From Isurus oxyrinchus (Eukaryota), in assembly GCA_026770705.1 (NCBI GenBank), contig JANJGN010000034.1:2914001-2978000 (forward strand): DNA of 64,000 bases, in the 5' to 3' direction. The position numbers were made by a program, and so were the translations under genes. A model generated the notes under the pieces. That model made no database searches and was not told the DNA's origin. It saw only the letters and a program-made list of their open reading frames with translations. This document shows, piece after piece, positions 42,201 through 57,200 of this stretch. Each line of letters begins with the position of its first letter. Positions within the stretch are counted from its first letter, which is position 1.

Positions 42201-45200
42201 CAAGATTTCTTGAATATGTCAATCATTGCAGAGGAATTAACTTCTACCAAACCCTTTAACAAGGATGGATGGTTCCCAAAACAATGACAACAAACACATT
42301 TTATTTACATAGACCCTTTAATGCAATGACACGTCCGTTTGCGCTTCACAGGAACATTATAGAGCGAAGTATGTCGCCGAGCCTCATAAGGAAATATTAG
42401 GTCTGATGACCGAAACCTTGCACTGAGAGGCATTTTTAGAAATGCCTTAAAAGTCGGAGAGGGAGTTCGATAGTTTGCGAGATGTAGGTTGGAGATTTCA
42501 GAGCTTGGGTCCTAGGCAGCTTAAGACCCTAACAGAAATGCCAAAGCAATCTGGAATCCAGAGTAATGTTGAATTAGCAGATAGCACGCATTTTGAGCCA
42601 GTTGAGTGAGCGGAGGTTAAACAAAGGTTAAACGGTGGTGGTGAACTAAGACAAGGCAACAGAGTTTTGAATGACGTCAATTTTACAGAGGGTAGAATGA
42701 GGGAGATGAGCCAGGTGTCTTTCGGAAGCGTCCAGACCAGAGGATGTTAAGGCATGGGCGAGCTGAGACACGTGTAAGGTCCAGTGATATCAGGGGGACA
42801 GAAATAAACAGTCCATGTGATGCTGGGAACATGCGTTTGGACTCTCATCCGGGGGTCAAATGTGACACCAAGTTTTCAAACATAATGACTTAATCTCTGA
42901 CTGCTACCAGGGAGAGGTTTAAAGGAAATTCCAGTGGAATGGCATTTAGAGTGGAGACCAGAAACCAATATTCAATTGGAAGATATCTCTGTTCATTTGG
43001 TGCTGGATTTTGGATAGGATTCCGATAGCTTTTCAACAGTGGAGGATTGACCAGGGGTTGGGGTCACTGCATGCTGGTGTTGGGTGAGGTAGAGCTGGCA
43101 TCAGTGTCCACCTTTGGATGAAGTGGGGAAGGCATTGTAGGAGGATGCTGTGGCCTATTGTGAAAAAGGCTACAGACAAGTCTGGGAAGACAATGGAAGA
43201 AGATTTATCTTTCCAACTGTCACATAGGATGTCATTTGCGACTTTGATCAGGGCTGTTTCAGTATAGCGGCAGAGGCGCACACATGAATTGAGGGATTAA
43301 AACATCGAGTTCCCACAAAAGATGAAAAATGATTTGGAAAGCGAGAGCACCTACAAGACTGTTGAGGAGAACGGAGTGTTTGTAGATGTTGGGGTAATTT
43401 GGAAATGGCGGTGGCATTAGGCGTTTCTTTTATGAGTGGGGGTGATGATGACAGATTTAAAGACAAGAGTGACAACACACAAAGGGAGAAAAAACTCATT
43501 TATAATATCAGCTAACATGGGTACAGATCGGAAAAAAATTAGCGATGAAAAGTTGAGAGAGAATACAATCGATGGAAAAGGAGGTGTGCCTTATGGACAA
43601 GGTGCGAAAGGCATCAGGGCAGATGGGAGAGGAATTAGGCAAAGAGGTGACTTCAAGGCTAGGGCAGGGAGAAGTATTAAATTGCCTGTCAACATCTATG
43701 TATGGTGTCATTTATTTTGTAATACGGAGAATTGATTACCGAGAAAGCAATGTTAGCAAAGCCCTGGTAATTTGGTGAAGCGAGCACTTTCCACAGGTAT
43801 GAGCTGGATAGTGGCAGTTGAGTGTAAATTCTGAATTGTATCATCCCAGATGTCATTATAGGCAGCTGCTGAATGGCAGAAAATGTGATGTAAAGAGGAA
43901 TGAATTCAGGGCGAGGAGTAACGGGGAAGGTGATTCGATAACACCTGAGCAAAATGAGTGCTATTACCTTTAGGCAAGGGTAATTAGGGATGAGCATTTA
44001 ATGCTGGCCTAGCCAGCAACGCCACATCCCAAGAACGAACAAAAAAAAAACGAATGGACAGCTCATTACATTTCTAAAATGGGAATCTTCAGTATATACA
44101 CTTACCACATTCTTGGAGATTGACTTGCAGTTTTTGAAGTTCTGGTAACAAACACAAAAACAACAAAATTGATTCTGCGCGGTCTTTGAACAATAAAATC
44201 ACTGTAACTCAGCTGAAAGATAAACCTAAGCCAATCCATGGAATTATAGCGAGGAGGAAGTTCAAATTCATTTGATGCCAATCTAACCTATTCATGGAAG
44301 TGATGCTTCAAACTGAAACAACAGCTATATCCTTTTAGCAGCCAGGCAACAGCACTGAAGAAAACTGTTTGATAGTTGGCGGAAAATGAGTAGGCTGGAA
44401 ATGCTGAATGATTTACACCCAACGAGAAGTAAATTGCATTTATTTCGGTCTGCATTTTATAGTGATGCTCGTAGATGCTGCTACTGCCCTCTAATCAAAA
44501 AGGAACCTGTGTACCGTGATCCCCACAGCAAGGAATTCGGTTGACCGAGGGATGATTCTGTTCTGTCAGTGTCTTCGTTGATACAGAGACACTCTACATA
44601 CAATGCGTGCAATCACTGCTGTGATTCTGTCTTCCAGTCACTGCACGACAAAACATCTATAAGCCAGATTGTTTCAGCAAAAAAAATTCGAAAACAGGAC
44701 TAGATCAGGTTTATTTATCAAGAAAAATGTGATAAAAATGAAACGTATTCAATTTTTAAAAAGAAATAATTTTGATCAAAATAAGTTTTCCACATACGGT
44801 TTGAGAACGTCAGGTAAACCATTCAAATATTAATCAGCATTAACACATTCACGTTTAAATGGTATACATTTCAATACTGGACGAGATAAGCCAGATTTCA
44901 ATGTAGATAACCTATGAAAAATATTTCTCAGAAATTTTAAAATGCTTTGAGATTGACCGTTAAAAAATTCGATTTCTTGATATATGCACTTATAGTATTA
45001 TGTTAAACTTTTGCAGAGTTTTAAAATTCACTTGGGGAATTGGACATCAAATTCTCCTGTAAACGCCATCCATGATAAATAGTCGAAAATATTTAGAATT
45101 CTTATTTTAACGGTTATTTATTTAAATTCAATGAAAACGACTGGTAAGGCTTCTTTACATCTCAATAAAACAGAAAAAAAGCATCTCCTCAATTTTGCTT

Positions 45201-48200
45201 ACTTATGATCTCACAGAGTAAATAACACAGAAGCCGGAAATTGAGTCGATCTCTCCATGACAGCTTTTACGTTCCACGCCTTACTTCTACCGTCATTCCT
45301 CATCCAGCTCTAACGGGAGAATTCTCTATTCCATTCGGCATCGCAGGCTTTTCTTTTCTCGCGTTAATGGTGACAATAAAGTTTGTTCAAACATCTCATA
45401 ACTACAGCAGGAGCGAGTTCTATATTCTCAGCATTTTCTGTGTAAAGCCGTTTTTTTCAAAGTTCCTTCTTTGGTCTATTCGTGATCACACCGATATTCA
45501 TGGCCTCTCGTGTTACTTTGTTCCCACGCTGTGTCTGCTCGATCAAAACTTTTCAGAAGTTGAATAACTTTTATTAATTGATTACCCAACCTTTGAATTT
45601 TCAAGAGAAATTAAAGGCCCAGCTTAGTAAGCGAAACCTGAGGTCTCTGCCCCTGGGATCAATCTTGTAAATATTTTATATTGTATGGTGACCATAATTT
45701 TATGCATCAGTCCAAGTTTGATAAAAATAATGATACATACAATGTGCGCATAACTCCTTCCTATTTTAGTTTCATGCCTCTGGATCTCAGTGCTTGTCCT
45801 TAGTTAGCTTTTGTGTGGCCGTGTTAAGCTGTTTACCTCTCTGTGTTGACTTGTACATTTGTGCTGCCAGGCCATTTGCTCCTGCATCCCACTTAGATAC
45901 TTGTTTCCTCAGTAAGATGCTTATCATTACTTTTCTCAGTGATGTCGTTATTAATCTTGCCGAAATGTCATGCCTCATATTGATCTATGTTGGAATTAAT
46001 TTGCGGATTCTCAATTCTGGATTTTCTGAAAATGTTGTATGTTTTTGCAAATTGCTGGAGCTCTCCTCTATGTTGGCTATCATTTGCCCGTCCAGATTAG
46101 GTGTCATGTGCAATTTTTATAAAAAAGTGTTTTTTTGGATTATTCAGATCTTTAAACTGACCTGCAAACAAATGTCGCTCAAGCTGTTCTCCTTGTGAAC
46201 CACTGCTTCCCACCTTTTGTTTCTCTGAATAACTATCATTACTGCTGTCTGTTTTATGACTTAAAGTCAGAAAAATATCCATTGTTCAATTTCCCGCCCA
46301 CTCCGCCTTTCACAGCTTGTTCATCAATCTATGATGTGGCACCTTATCAAAGACCTTGCCAGCTTTTATTACCCTTGTTTGATTTCGGTTCAATAAATTA
46401 AACAATTCAATGCAAATCGTCAGGCAACATTTTCACTTCCAAAATACAGGCCAACGGTTCATTGTTACATTTTGATTTCTAAATGTTCCCCTAGTTTCGC
46501 TTTTCGGAGGGATTCGACGATTTGTTGCTACCATCAATGTTAAGTTGACTGTACACCAGACCAGTCGATATGTTCCCTCTGCCTCCTTTTTTAAAAAAAG
46601 TAGAAGTTTAACTACCTCCCAGCCTTCTGGCTCTACGTCCATCTCTATCGAATTTTGAAATAAAAGTGTGGTAATGGGTCTGCTTTCTCTTCCCTAGATT
46701 ATTTTAAAAATCGCTGATGCAATTGGTCCAGACCGCGGCTTTGTTGTTCTTTATGTTTAATTATTCTGTTTCAGTTTTTTATATTTTAAATTATGTTTTA
46801 CATCTTTTTCATTTAGTTATTTTTTTTCACTGCATCGCCCGATATCATCTCCAGCTTCCAAACAGCACTGGTAAAAACTGAAACATTGTAATTGTTTAAT
46901 ATTCCCCCTCATCCTCGATCATTGCTTGTGATATGACACCATCCTTTAATCAACAGCCATATTCTATTCGAGATTTCCCTTTCGCATTGATGTACCTCTA
47001 ATCTGTTTTTCTGTTTCGTTTCATGTGCACTGATCCGTTCAAACCTGAGCATGCATGAAGTGTTTTGGGCGAAAGACAACAACAAAATTGTTTCCACTAC
47101 AATCCGCAAGCTCCTGGCTCTATATATATATTTAACATTTACGAGCCAGCCAGGTACCAGCAATGGCTCAATGAGCATCGTAGAGGAGCATGCCAAGAGT
47201 AGTAGCAGGCATAACATCAATGTTGGTGTTAAACTGTTGAACCAATAACATTTGAATGCTATGCAGCGGGAATAGGATGTGTTAAACAAAGCTGAGAAAC
47301 CCTACACCTAATGGATAAAATCAAAACTCTGCAACCCATTCGTGAAGGGTATTCGACAATCAAACAACTAACAAGAAGTGAATGCTATACGAACATGCAT
47401 CCCACCACCCTCCGCCGCACCCTCTCAGCGATGGTAGAGTCCATTAATTAAGTGAACAACACAAAACGAAGGCCTTTGAAAACATTATTGTTTTGCCAGA
47501 AGTGCCGAGTGGATGACCATTATCGGCCTCGTCCTGAGATCCTCATTATCACATATGCCATTGTGCAACCAAATGCATTCAGTCCACTTGATATCAAGTC
47601 ATCATTGGATGCAGCAGACGCCCCGAAGATACCACGGCAACATTGACACGCTGGGCTATAAATGGTTGCTCGCCTAGTCAACCTCTCTCTGCGCATGTAC
47701 AACATTGACATCTATCCGAGAAACCGAAAGTTAAAAACCGCCAAGAAACAAACAGTATAATATCGCTTCTTCTCCAGCTAAGCATGCTGGAATATGTCAT
47801 CATGTTTGCTTTCAATCAACACTTACTCATCAGTTTGTGCTCCCGCAGATAAACTCTGCTTCACGCCTTACTGGAGCTGAATATAATAAATAGACTGCAT
47901 TCCATTCCTAAGGTGAAAGTTTAATTATTTGACGCACACTGTGTGGTCACAGCGTCCGAGCTAAATTGAATTAAATCGGCCTTTGTGGATAGTTTTCTGC
48001 GGGCTGCAGTCATATGAAAGTGCTTCAGCTTGTTCAGTGTCAGTCGTCTTCACCTCAGGACATGACTGATGGAGTTAGTGTTCTAAGCCAAACTATTGGC
48101 AGCTCCTTGACCAATGCCGGGGTTTTCGAGTCAGAAAAGGAAATGCTGTCGATAATTTCACTGTATCCAGTTCGAGTCACAACACCTCAGACAACTAAAC

Positions 48201-51200
48201 GTTTTTTCAGGCTATTTTTCAGGTTGAACTGGTAAGGAACAAGACAAAATTGTGAAGCACAAGCCTTGGGAATTACCCATACCCAACAACAGATTTTAAC
48301 CACCTACTCTCTGCACTAAACGACATTAATTTCTTCGATTTCCACACCATCAACATCCTAAGGGTTCTCTCTTTCTAGGGTCAGCCACGTAAATAATGTA
48401 CCTGCCTTCGCAGGTCAGTGGACTGATATTCTGCTGCAGGTAACTCACCTCTGAACTCCAAAAAGCCTTTCGACAATCTAGGGTGCACAAGCCAGCAGTG
48501 CGATGGATGACTGCTAGCTGTGTGGATAAGTGCAGGCACAACAACACTCATAAAGCTCGGTGTAATAAAAAAAAACAGAGTAATAGCGGTAGAGAATTCC
48601 ATAGTGCAGAGCCATTGCTGGCAATTTTCCTGGCGCAGACCTGACTTCAGGGTGTTGTATTGTGTCCCTTGTTCTATGAACTAATGTGTCATTAGGAAGT
48701 TGCAGAACACTCTGAGATGGGGGTGGGGTTTGGCGGAGATGGTTGGCGGTAAGGGATGTGGTGGGAGGGGTGGAGGTGTGCTGGTGGATGGGTGGGTATT
48801 GTGAATAGCCAGAGATCGTGGTCCATGTCAGCATCAATGTTGTAGGCAGAACGTGGCATTAAGATTGACAGGCAGATGTGAGGTGGATGGATAGAGAGAG
48901 AAGAAATAATTAAGTCACCAGTTTATTCCAGATGTCACGTGACAGTGACTATAGGAAGGTGAATGTAGAGTTGATGAATCCGTAGCTTGCAAGATGATGG
49001 ACAAGAGAGTGGGTTAGATATTTAAAGCTTTGGAACAGTTTCTGAAGGAGTTGGGACCTATACAAGCTAGTCAGGTTGCTACTGAGCATGGCGGGGACCA
49101 ACATTGATGTAAATTATTATTTTTAACGTGCGATAGAAACCCGAGGGTAGATATGAAAGGGGGTAGAAAAACAAATAATCGTTTGGCAGTACAGCATTTA
49201 GGTATTGCTAACACATTGGCCTGGAAAGAAAATGATGTAACATGAATTGGGTGTTGGCATAATGAGTCATTGTCTGGCAGGATGTGATGAGTGGGTGCCA
49301 CAGGGTAAGTTGTAGGCCCTCGCCAATTTACATTTTTTGTAAATAATTTGGATGCAGCGGCTGAAGGAACCTTGCTAAATATGCTAATGTCACATTGATA
49401 GGTAAGAAAATAAATCGTGAAGCAAACATAATGAGTCTACAAACGGACATGAATAGGTTAAGTGAGGCGGCAAAGATTTTGAAAATTGAGTATAATGTGT
49501 ACAAATGTGAAATTGTTCATTTTGGCAGGAAAAAAACAAAATTATCTTATTGTCTAAATGGCGGGAGACTGCAGTACTCTGAGATTCAGAGGAAGATTGG
49601 TGTCTGAGTACATGAATCACAAAAGGCTAGTAGCAGGTACACCAAGTATGTAGGAAAACTAATAGAATGTTGTCATTAATTGTGAGGGGAATTCATTAAA
49701 AAAGTACGGAGTGGCTTCAGTTATACAAGGCACAGGTGCACCGCCTTTGGAGTATTGTAGACGGTACTAGCGTCCTATTGAAGGAAAGATGTAAATGTGT
49801 TAGAAGCAGTTCAGGAAAGGTTTGCTAGACTAATACCAGGAATGGACGGGTTGACTTATGAGGAAAGGTTTACAGGTTAGGCTTGTATGCACTGGAAGCT
49901 AGAAAAGGGGCGATCTAATTGAAACCTTAAAGATCCTGAAGGTTCTTGACAGGATGTATGGTGTTTGTAGAGAGCATGTTTCCTCTTACGGGAGAATCTA
50001 GTACTAGGGGTCACTGTTTAAAAATAACAGGTCGCTGATTTATGATAGACAGGGGGAGATTTTTTCTCTCTTCAAGGGTGGTGAGTCTTTGGAACTGTCT
50101 GCATTAAAAGCGGGTAGAAACACAGTCATTGATTATTTTTTAAGCCAGAACTCGATTGATTCTTGATTGGCAAGGGCATGAAAGGTTACCAGTGGTAGGC
50201 AGGAATGTGGAGTTGATGTTACAATCAGATCAGCCATAACCTTAATGAATGGTGGAGCAGGCTCGTGGGGCAGAGTGGCCTTCTCCCGCTCCAAATTCGC
50301 ATGTTCTCATGTAGGTTCGTATGAAAAAAGAGGCATGCCGAAGCTTTTCACCTTTCACTCATCAGGACACTTACCAAAAATACCAATGTAAGGAGGAACC
50401 ATAATTTATACAACATGTGAAGAGAGTACTGATTGGCTTGCAATTGGACTTTGATTATTAGAGGCTTTGCTCCATGGAGAATGCACTAGTGATGCATTCA
50501 GTGATGATGACAGTAAACTGCGAAGCATTGTTTGAAATTTAAACCAGAGAGCTTGACCCTGATTGGTCGAGACATTGCCCTGTGGAATGAATCAACGAAT
50601 GGCTGTCAGTTATATTGTTTAGCAGAAACAGGTGCAATGTGTCTACATATTCTTTTTGTATGCAAAGAGTAGTGCCCTTGTATTAATATGTGTCGCTTTC
50701 AGTCCCCGCAAATATGCCAGACTGGGAGCCCGAGTCACAATCTTAAAATGGTGGTCAGCGTAATTCTTAGTACGTTATTTTATTCAGCAAATGTTGTCCA
50801 ATTGCGAAATCACACCTGATGTTGAGCACAGTGTGTTGAGTTTTGCAAGCACGGGCTGGTTGTGTATGCTATGTGCCTTGTCCCTTATGAACAGCGGCTG
50901 GGACACATTGTTTGTCACATCCACCAGACTTTGGGGCATCTGCCCTACATTCCTAGGATCACACTGGCGCTTAAATTAATATGTCACAGTGAACTGGCTG
51001 CTTATGAGTGTAGTGGAAGTGAACTCATCAGGGATTTCAAAAGAAATTTGGATAGCCACTGGTAATAAATAAATCTTCACCGCTGCGGAGAAGGAGAGTG
51101 GGACTGATTACATTGTACTGCAGAAAGCCGGCCTATCAGAAGTAGGGAAGGGGGTGTGGTTGGACAGATTTTGAAAACGAAATGCAAAAATTAGATACAA

Positions 51201-54200
51201 TGTTTGAAAGGCTGTTTAAAGAACGAATGAAAATGCAAATCCTAAATGTAATTCAACGGACAGAATGGTCCCCTTCTGTGACGGAAATGACTCCATGGCT
51301 ATCAGAAGACCATTACATCCATTACATATCAAAGCTAACAATAGGTTCTGGGCTTCTTGTTCGAATCACGTGGAAAATCCATAGTTTGGTTGCACACTTT
51401 CGTGGAAGTCATCATAACTGAGCTAGATTCGGGTTACTTATGGAACATTAGAGAGATAGACTGGGAATAAATCTCAACAATTGGGTAAAGTTTGTTTTTG
51501 CTGAGATATCGTTTAATTCCTGCAGAATGGAAACATGTACTTGGAAACAAACAACATCCGGATCCGTAGTAGGCTTTCAAGCAAGGAATGCTCAGAGTTC
51601 GTAGCAAGCCTTTTCTCTCAAGGAAAAAAAAAAGCAAGGTACGGCTCACAAGCCCAGGGACCTTGTATGTCAAGGAGATAAAAGAGAGAATTAAGGAAAT
51701 AAAGAAGGGACCTTACACTTCTTGCGAAAGGCTAAATATAGTGCAAAACTTGGAAGGATATAGAAAAAAAAAACAGAAGGAAGTTAGGACGGGAAAATCA
51801 CGCAAGTAAAAGTATTGTGAAGCAAACTTAAGGTAAATCAACAGTTTTTTTTTACTTAATAAAGCAAGGTGATAACGAATAAGGCGCTCCTCGGCACCAT
51901 ATCGGTGTGTGGAGGTGGGGAATGTTGGAATAATTCTTACTGAATGGTTTGCTTGTGCTCTCTTGACGAAAGAGAGGCTCAATGCTGACAATGCAATCCA
52001 GGAGGAGCATTGTGAAGTATTTGATGAAATTAACATAGCGAGGTAGGAAGTTTTAAACATGTTGACATCTTTCAATGTGGATAACTAACCAAGCTAGAAA
52101 GAAATGCATCCGAGGCAGTTAAGGTACGCAAGCTAACGAATGTTGAAGTTTCTTATCATCGTTTTCCAAACGTCTCTAACTACAGACGTGTTGCCAGAGT
52201 GCAGCAGGACAGATACATGTTTACCATTGTTTGAAATGGGATAAAAAGGATAAGTCAATTAATTGCAGGCCGGCTAGCTTACTATCGGTGGTGCGGCAAT
52301 TATTGGAATGAGTTCTTGTGTCAGGGTAACCCTTCATTCAAAGAAACACGGACCAATCAAAGACAATAAGGACGAACTTGTTAAGGGATTTAATGCTGAC
52401 TGACTTGCATATCTCTTGTGAGAATGATGAGGGAAACCACTTTGAAGTACTCAGCATGGGTTTTAGATAGGGCCTCGATCAGGCACCACATAGTAAAACG
52501 TTTACAAAGTGTGATTTGGATTCAAATTTGGCTTAAAGGCGGAAGGGGAAAGTTAATGTTTGAGGATCTTTATTCATTTCATTTTTGACTGTGCGGCTGT
52601 GTACAGTGGGGTTCTGCAAGTTACGGCCCTAGGTCACTTGTTCTTTGTAACATATTTCTATGATCTGTGCTAGAATTTATTGGAGGTGATTAAGCAGGTT
52701 GCCTTCGTTAAAACAAATTGTCATGCTGTTGATAGTGGAAGAAAAGTGCTTTAGACAGTGATAAGTGGACTGATCAGATGGACAGAAGACTGGCTAGTGT
52801 AGTTCAATATGTCATTAGGTAAGTTTGCAGTAATGCATTTGCAAAAGGCTAACGAGGTAAGTGAAGATAGAATTAATTGTTGCACCCGAGGTTGCCAACC
52901 CAATTCAGTTACTTGAAGGGACTGCTCCTTAATTTTTGTTTGCATGTCAGCCCAACAGTCCGGATTATCTGCCAGCCGTTGCAGAGGTGGTGGTAATTGG
53001 GCGGGAGGGTGGTGGCTGGGAGGGAGGATGACCTCCTCATAAGCCTCGTCCTGGGCCTGGCCGAGTGGCCATCAACAATTACAGGCAGAGAACGAACACC
53101 GAGATTTTCTGACCTTACTGTCTCCCTCTCAACTGCAGCATTGTTCACGGCCAGGTGACTCTGGAGTGGGAGCACGCAATGACTACCAGGACGCTTGAGG
53201 CCTTACATGGCCAATGGGCAGCACGGAGGCTGGGGCACATCATCACTCCCGGGAATCTATTTTTGGTTTAGTTAATTAATTTTTTTTTGATGCTTTGATT
53301 TCAGTTGCTGTGGCGCACTTGGGGCTGTCATTCCCTCTGATTTATTGGTTTTTCATTAATTTATTGATTTTTGTTTTACTGAAACACTAGTGTGATTGAT
53401 TGGATACTGTATTGCAGAACAACAGTGGGACCTTCGAGTGTGGACAGGTGGGTAAGCTGGTCAAAAAAGCATCGGAAATATTGGACTGTGTTCACCAAAA
53501 TAATATAAGGCTGTCAGGTTATGCTGAAATGCCTGAAACACTAATTTAAGCAGCGGTGATGTACTGTATGCTGTTCTCCTTTCCACACTGTGGGAAAGCT
53601 GTGGTTGCACTATAGGTGGACTGGCCGAGATTTAATTGGATTTTGCATGAAATAGAGAATTTTAGCCATGGCGAAGGGGTGGCTAGGCTGGGGTTGTCTA
53701 CTTTGGGGTACATGAGGCTGAGCCTAACTGAATTGCATGAATTTATGAAGAGTGTTGAAAGAGAATTCATAGATGTGTAGTAATAAGTAAGAGTTTAAGC
53801 TGCGATTTAAGGACCCATTTCACCCAAGTGGCAATCTGGAATGAAGATTTAAATCCGCATAACGTTAAGCAATACTCGTATATACGCTTTAATTCCCCCA
53901 ACCTACGGACAAAGAGTTGGAAAGTAGGTGTAGGCTGAATGGTTACTTGTCAACCAATGCAGATACGATAGATTGAACGGCATCCTTCCACATTGCGAAC
54001 TTCCATAATTCTATGATTACATAAACCATTTGATTGGCATCCCAACTAGCACCTCATGCCTGCTATCCATCCATCATATTCACAGTTTGCGTAAAGTATG
54101 TGTCATCTTCAAGATGTACTGCAGTGCTTCACCATTCCTACATTGATGACATCGTATAATTTTTTGACACTTGCTGCCGAGGTAAAATAAAGGACATCTG

Positions 54201-57200
54201 ATGCATAGCAATGACACTAATTCCTGGCCATGAAGGCTAGGGAGTTGCTAATATATAACCGTTCTGTCATTGTCACTATGTCAATATGTGGGAGCTCCCT
54301 TCCAAGCAGCACTCTGGAATTACCTTCACTATTCAGACTGTAGTCGTTCAAAAATACATCATTCACACTCCAGAGTCACGAAAGGTTGACAAAGCCTAAT
54401 TAATTTGGCTGCAGCGTAAATGTCAGATGACCCTCGAAATGTAATTAAACGTTTTATACCAGTTTCTGTTCAATCTAAATTGGGTTCATGAGCGACACCG
54501 TCCTCCTATTGTCTGGTCATACTCTCTGATAACGTTCCATTCCATTCATTTGTAGGTACATATCTGCATTCCCCTTACAATGAAATCCGTCTCAACCTCT
54601 CAGCATGGCCTTGCATTCAAGAGTCTAACCAACAATGGAATGTGAGCAATTATTAGTTCCATGGAAGCTGCATTGTTCCATCGAGTTACAGGGGCTGATT
54701 GTGATAATCAATCGACTGCTCAGTTATCCTTGCTGGATCGGAATACAATAATGCCATGTGACAATTGATCCTTTTCACCTAGGAACTCCTATAGTATCAA
54801 TACTGTAAAATTGCACAACCCTCTTTACTCGTTTACTCATGCGCAGAGGGTGAAGTTAGTCACAGATTACATACCAGCGTATTTTACGGTATCAACATGT
54901 TATCAATCATACCTTTATCTTTGTCGGCCAAGTTGATTTCTAATAGAAACAAAAATGAGAACAATTAATCCCTTTAATCACGGGGCAATTAGTAACACAA
55001 AAACAGAAGAAATTGGAGAAGGGTGGAACATATGGCTGGTCGAGACTGCTCAGTCATTCAATAAGATCATGGCTGATATTGGGCCTCAACTGTATTTTAA
55101 TGCCCGCTCTCCATATTCCTCAATTCACTGAAAGACCAAAACTCCATCTCTCCTAGCCTCAAATTCATGCAACGATGGTTCATCTACAACCCTCTGGGGT
55201 AAAGAATTCCAAAGATTCACAAGGCTTCGATTGAAGTAATTTCTCCTAATCTCCGCACTATTGAACTGCCCTTCGTCCTGAGGTTGTGCCCCCTTGTCTT
55301 AAGTTCCGCAACCAGAGGAAACAATTTCTCAGCATCTCCCATATAAAGTCCCTGCAGAATTTTTGCAGTTTTCACTGAGATCGTCTCTCATTCTTCTAAA
55401 CTTCAGAGAGCAGAGGAATAATTTTCTCAGCCTCTCATCATGGGGTAAGCTACTCGTCCTGGAGGCTAATTTAGCGACCCTTCACTTTACCAGCTGCATT
55501 TCAGGCCTGTCATTAGTTGAATATAGAGACCTGATAGGCACACAGCACTCCAGAAGTGGTCTCTCGAAAATGCTTTACAATTGTAGCAAGACTTTTTCAT
55601 TATTTTACTCCAGTCACCTGCAATGAAGTTCAGTATGCCATATGCATTCCGACTTGCTTGGTGTACCTGCATGCTAACTTCTTGCATTTCTTTTAGGAGC
55701 AGAGCCAAGATTTTTTGAACATCAGGACTTACATGTTTCACGCCATTGAAGCAAAATACGGCTTTTATAATCTTACGGTCAAAGTGAATAGCTTCACACT
55801 TCCATACATTGTACTTCGTCTGCCATCTTGTTGTCCAAATCACGTACCTGTCGATATCTCTTTTCAGCCGCTCATTGCCCTTCCTGCAGTTTACCATAAC
55901 ACATAGCTTGACATCACCAAAAAACTTAGATATGTTACTTTCTGTCTCTGTATCTAACTAATTAATATAAATTGTAAATATTTCAGGCCGTAGGACTGAT
56001 TCTTGACCAATCGACTATTCACTACCTGAAACTTGAAAAGCCACAATCATACCCATGCTCTGCTATGTCCGATGTCTTTCTTTCTGATATTGTGTTTTTC
56101 AATAGAATATATTTTAGTTGAACTTTTAACTAATGTAAACAGGTGTCATTAATCTAATCTTGATTACCTATTAGTCCGAATTCCACGAACCCCTATCTTG
56201 CCTATTAACCATTGGTGTTGCACCTTATCAATACCTTTTGGAAATCGACCTTCACAACTTCAACTTGTTCCCTTCATCCATCTTACTAGTTTCATGCTAA
56301 AAACATTCTATTACATTTTTCCAAACAGATTTTCCTGAATAAAACCACGTTGTCTTACTCTAAACATATTATGATCTCCTACGTGCATTTTGAAGACTTC
56401 CTTCATGATAAATTCCAGCATTTTCCGAAGAACTGATTTTTGGCTCAGCAGTCTGTAATTTATCGATTTTCACTTCCCCTTTATTTAAAGATGTGCAACA
56501 ACTTCCAAATTCCAAATTAAACAAGCCATTCCCGAATCAAAGGAATTTTGTAAAATCATGGTTAACACATTCATAATCTCTGCAACCATCTCTTTTAGGA
56601 GCCTAAGGCATAGGCTATAGGATCACTAGGATTTGTCAGATTTTAGTCCCTAAAATTTCTCAGGTACCTTTTATCTATAAACTTTCCTTAATTTCCTAAC
56701 TCTTTTTAGTGCCTTCGCTACTCCCTATTTCTAGCATTAAACACATGACTTTTACTGTGAATACAGATACAAATTATTTGTTCAATTCCCTTGCAATTTC
56801 CTCATCACTCGCCCCGAATCTGCACCTCTTGTTTCTGCTTCTAGGGAACCAACGTTTACTCTAGCTTCTCTTTTCCTTTTTATATGCTTATCAAAACTCT
56901 TTCAATCTGTTTTTATATTTTTGGGCTATTTCCCTCTCCTATTCTACTTTTTCTCTTATTACCAAAATTTTGATGTGTCTTTGCTGGTTTTTGAAACAGT
57001 ACCAATACTCAGACTCACTACTGCTTCTTTTTTGTCTTTATGTTTCCATTGCTAGCTTTCTGATTGAACCACGGACTGGTCTTTCTTTCTGATTTTTTTT
57101 TCAACTGAATATTTTTCAGTTGAATATTTGACTTGTTTATTTCAATGTTTTACGCTCTTCATTATTATCCGTACCATTTAGTCTATTTTCCAATTAAGCA

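Noticed and set aside
47827-47876. 50-nt segment with ttcag| and |gtaagt
   Set aside because: Stop codons in all three frames.
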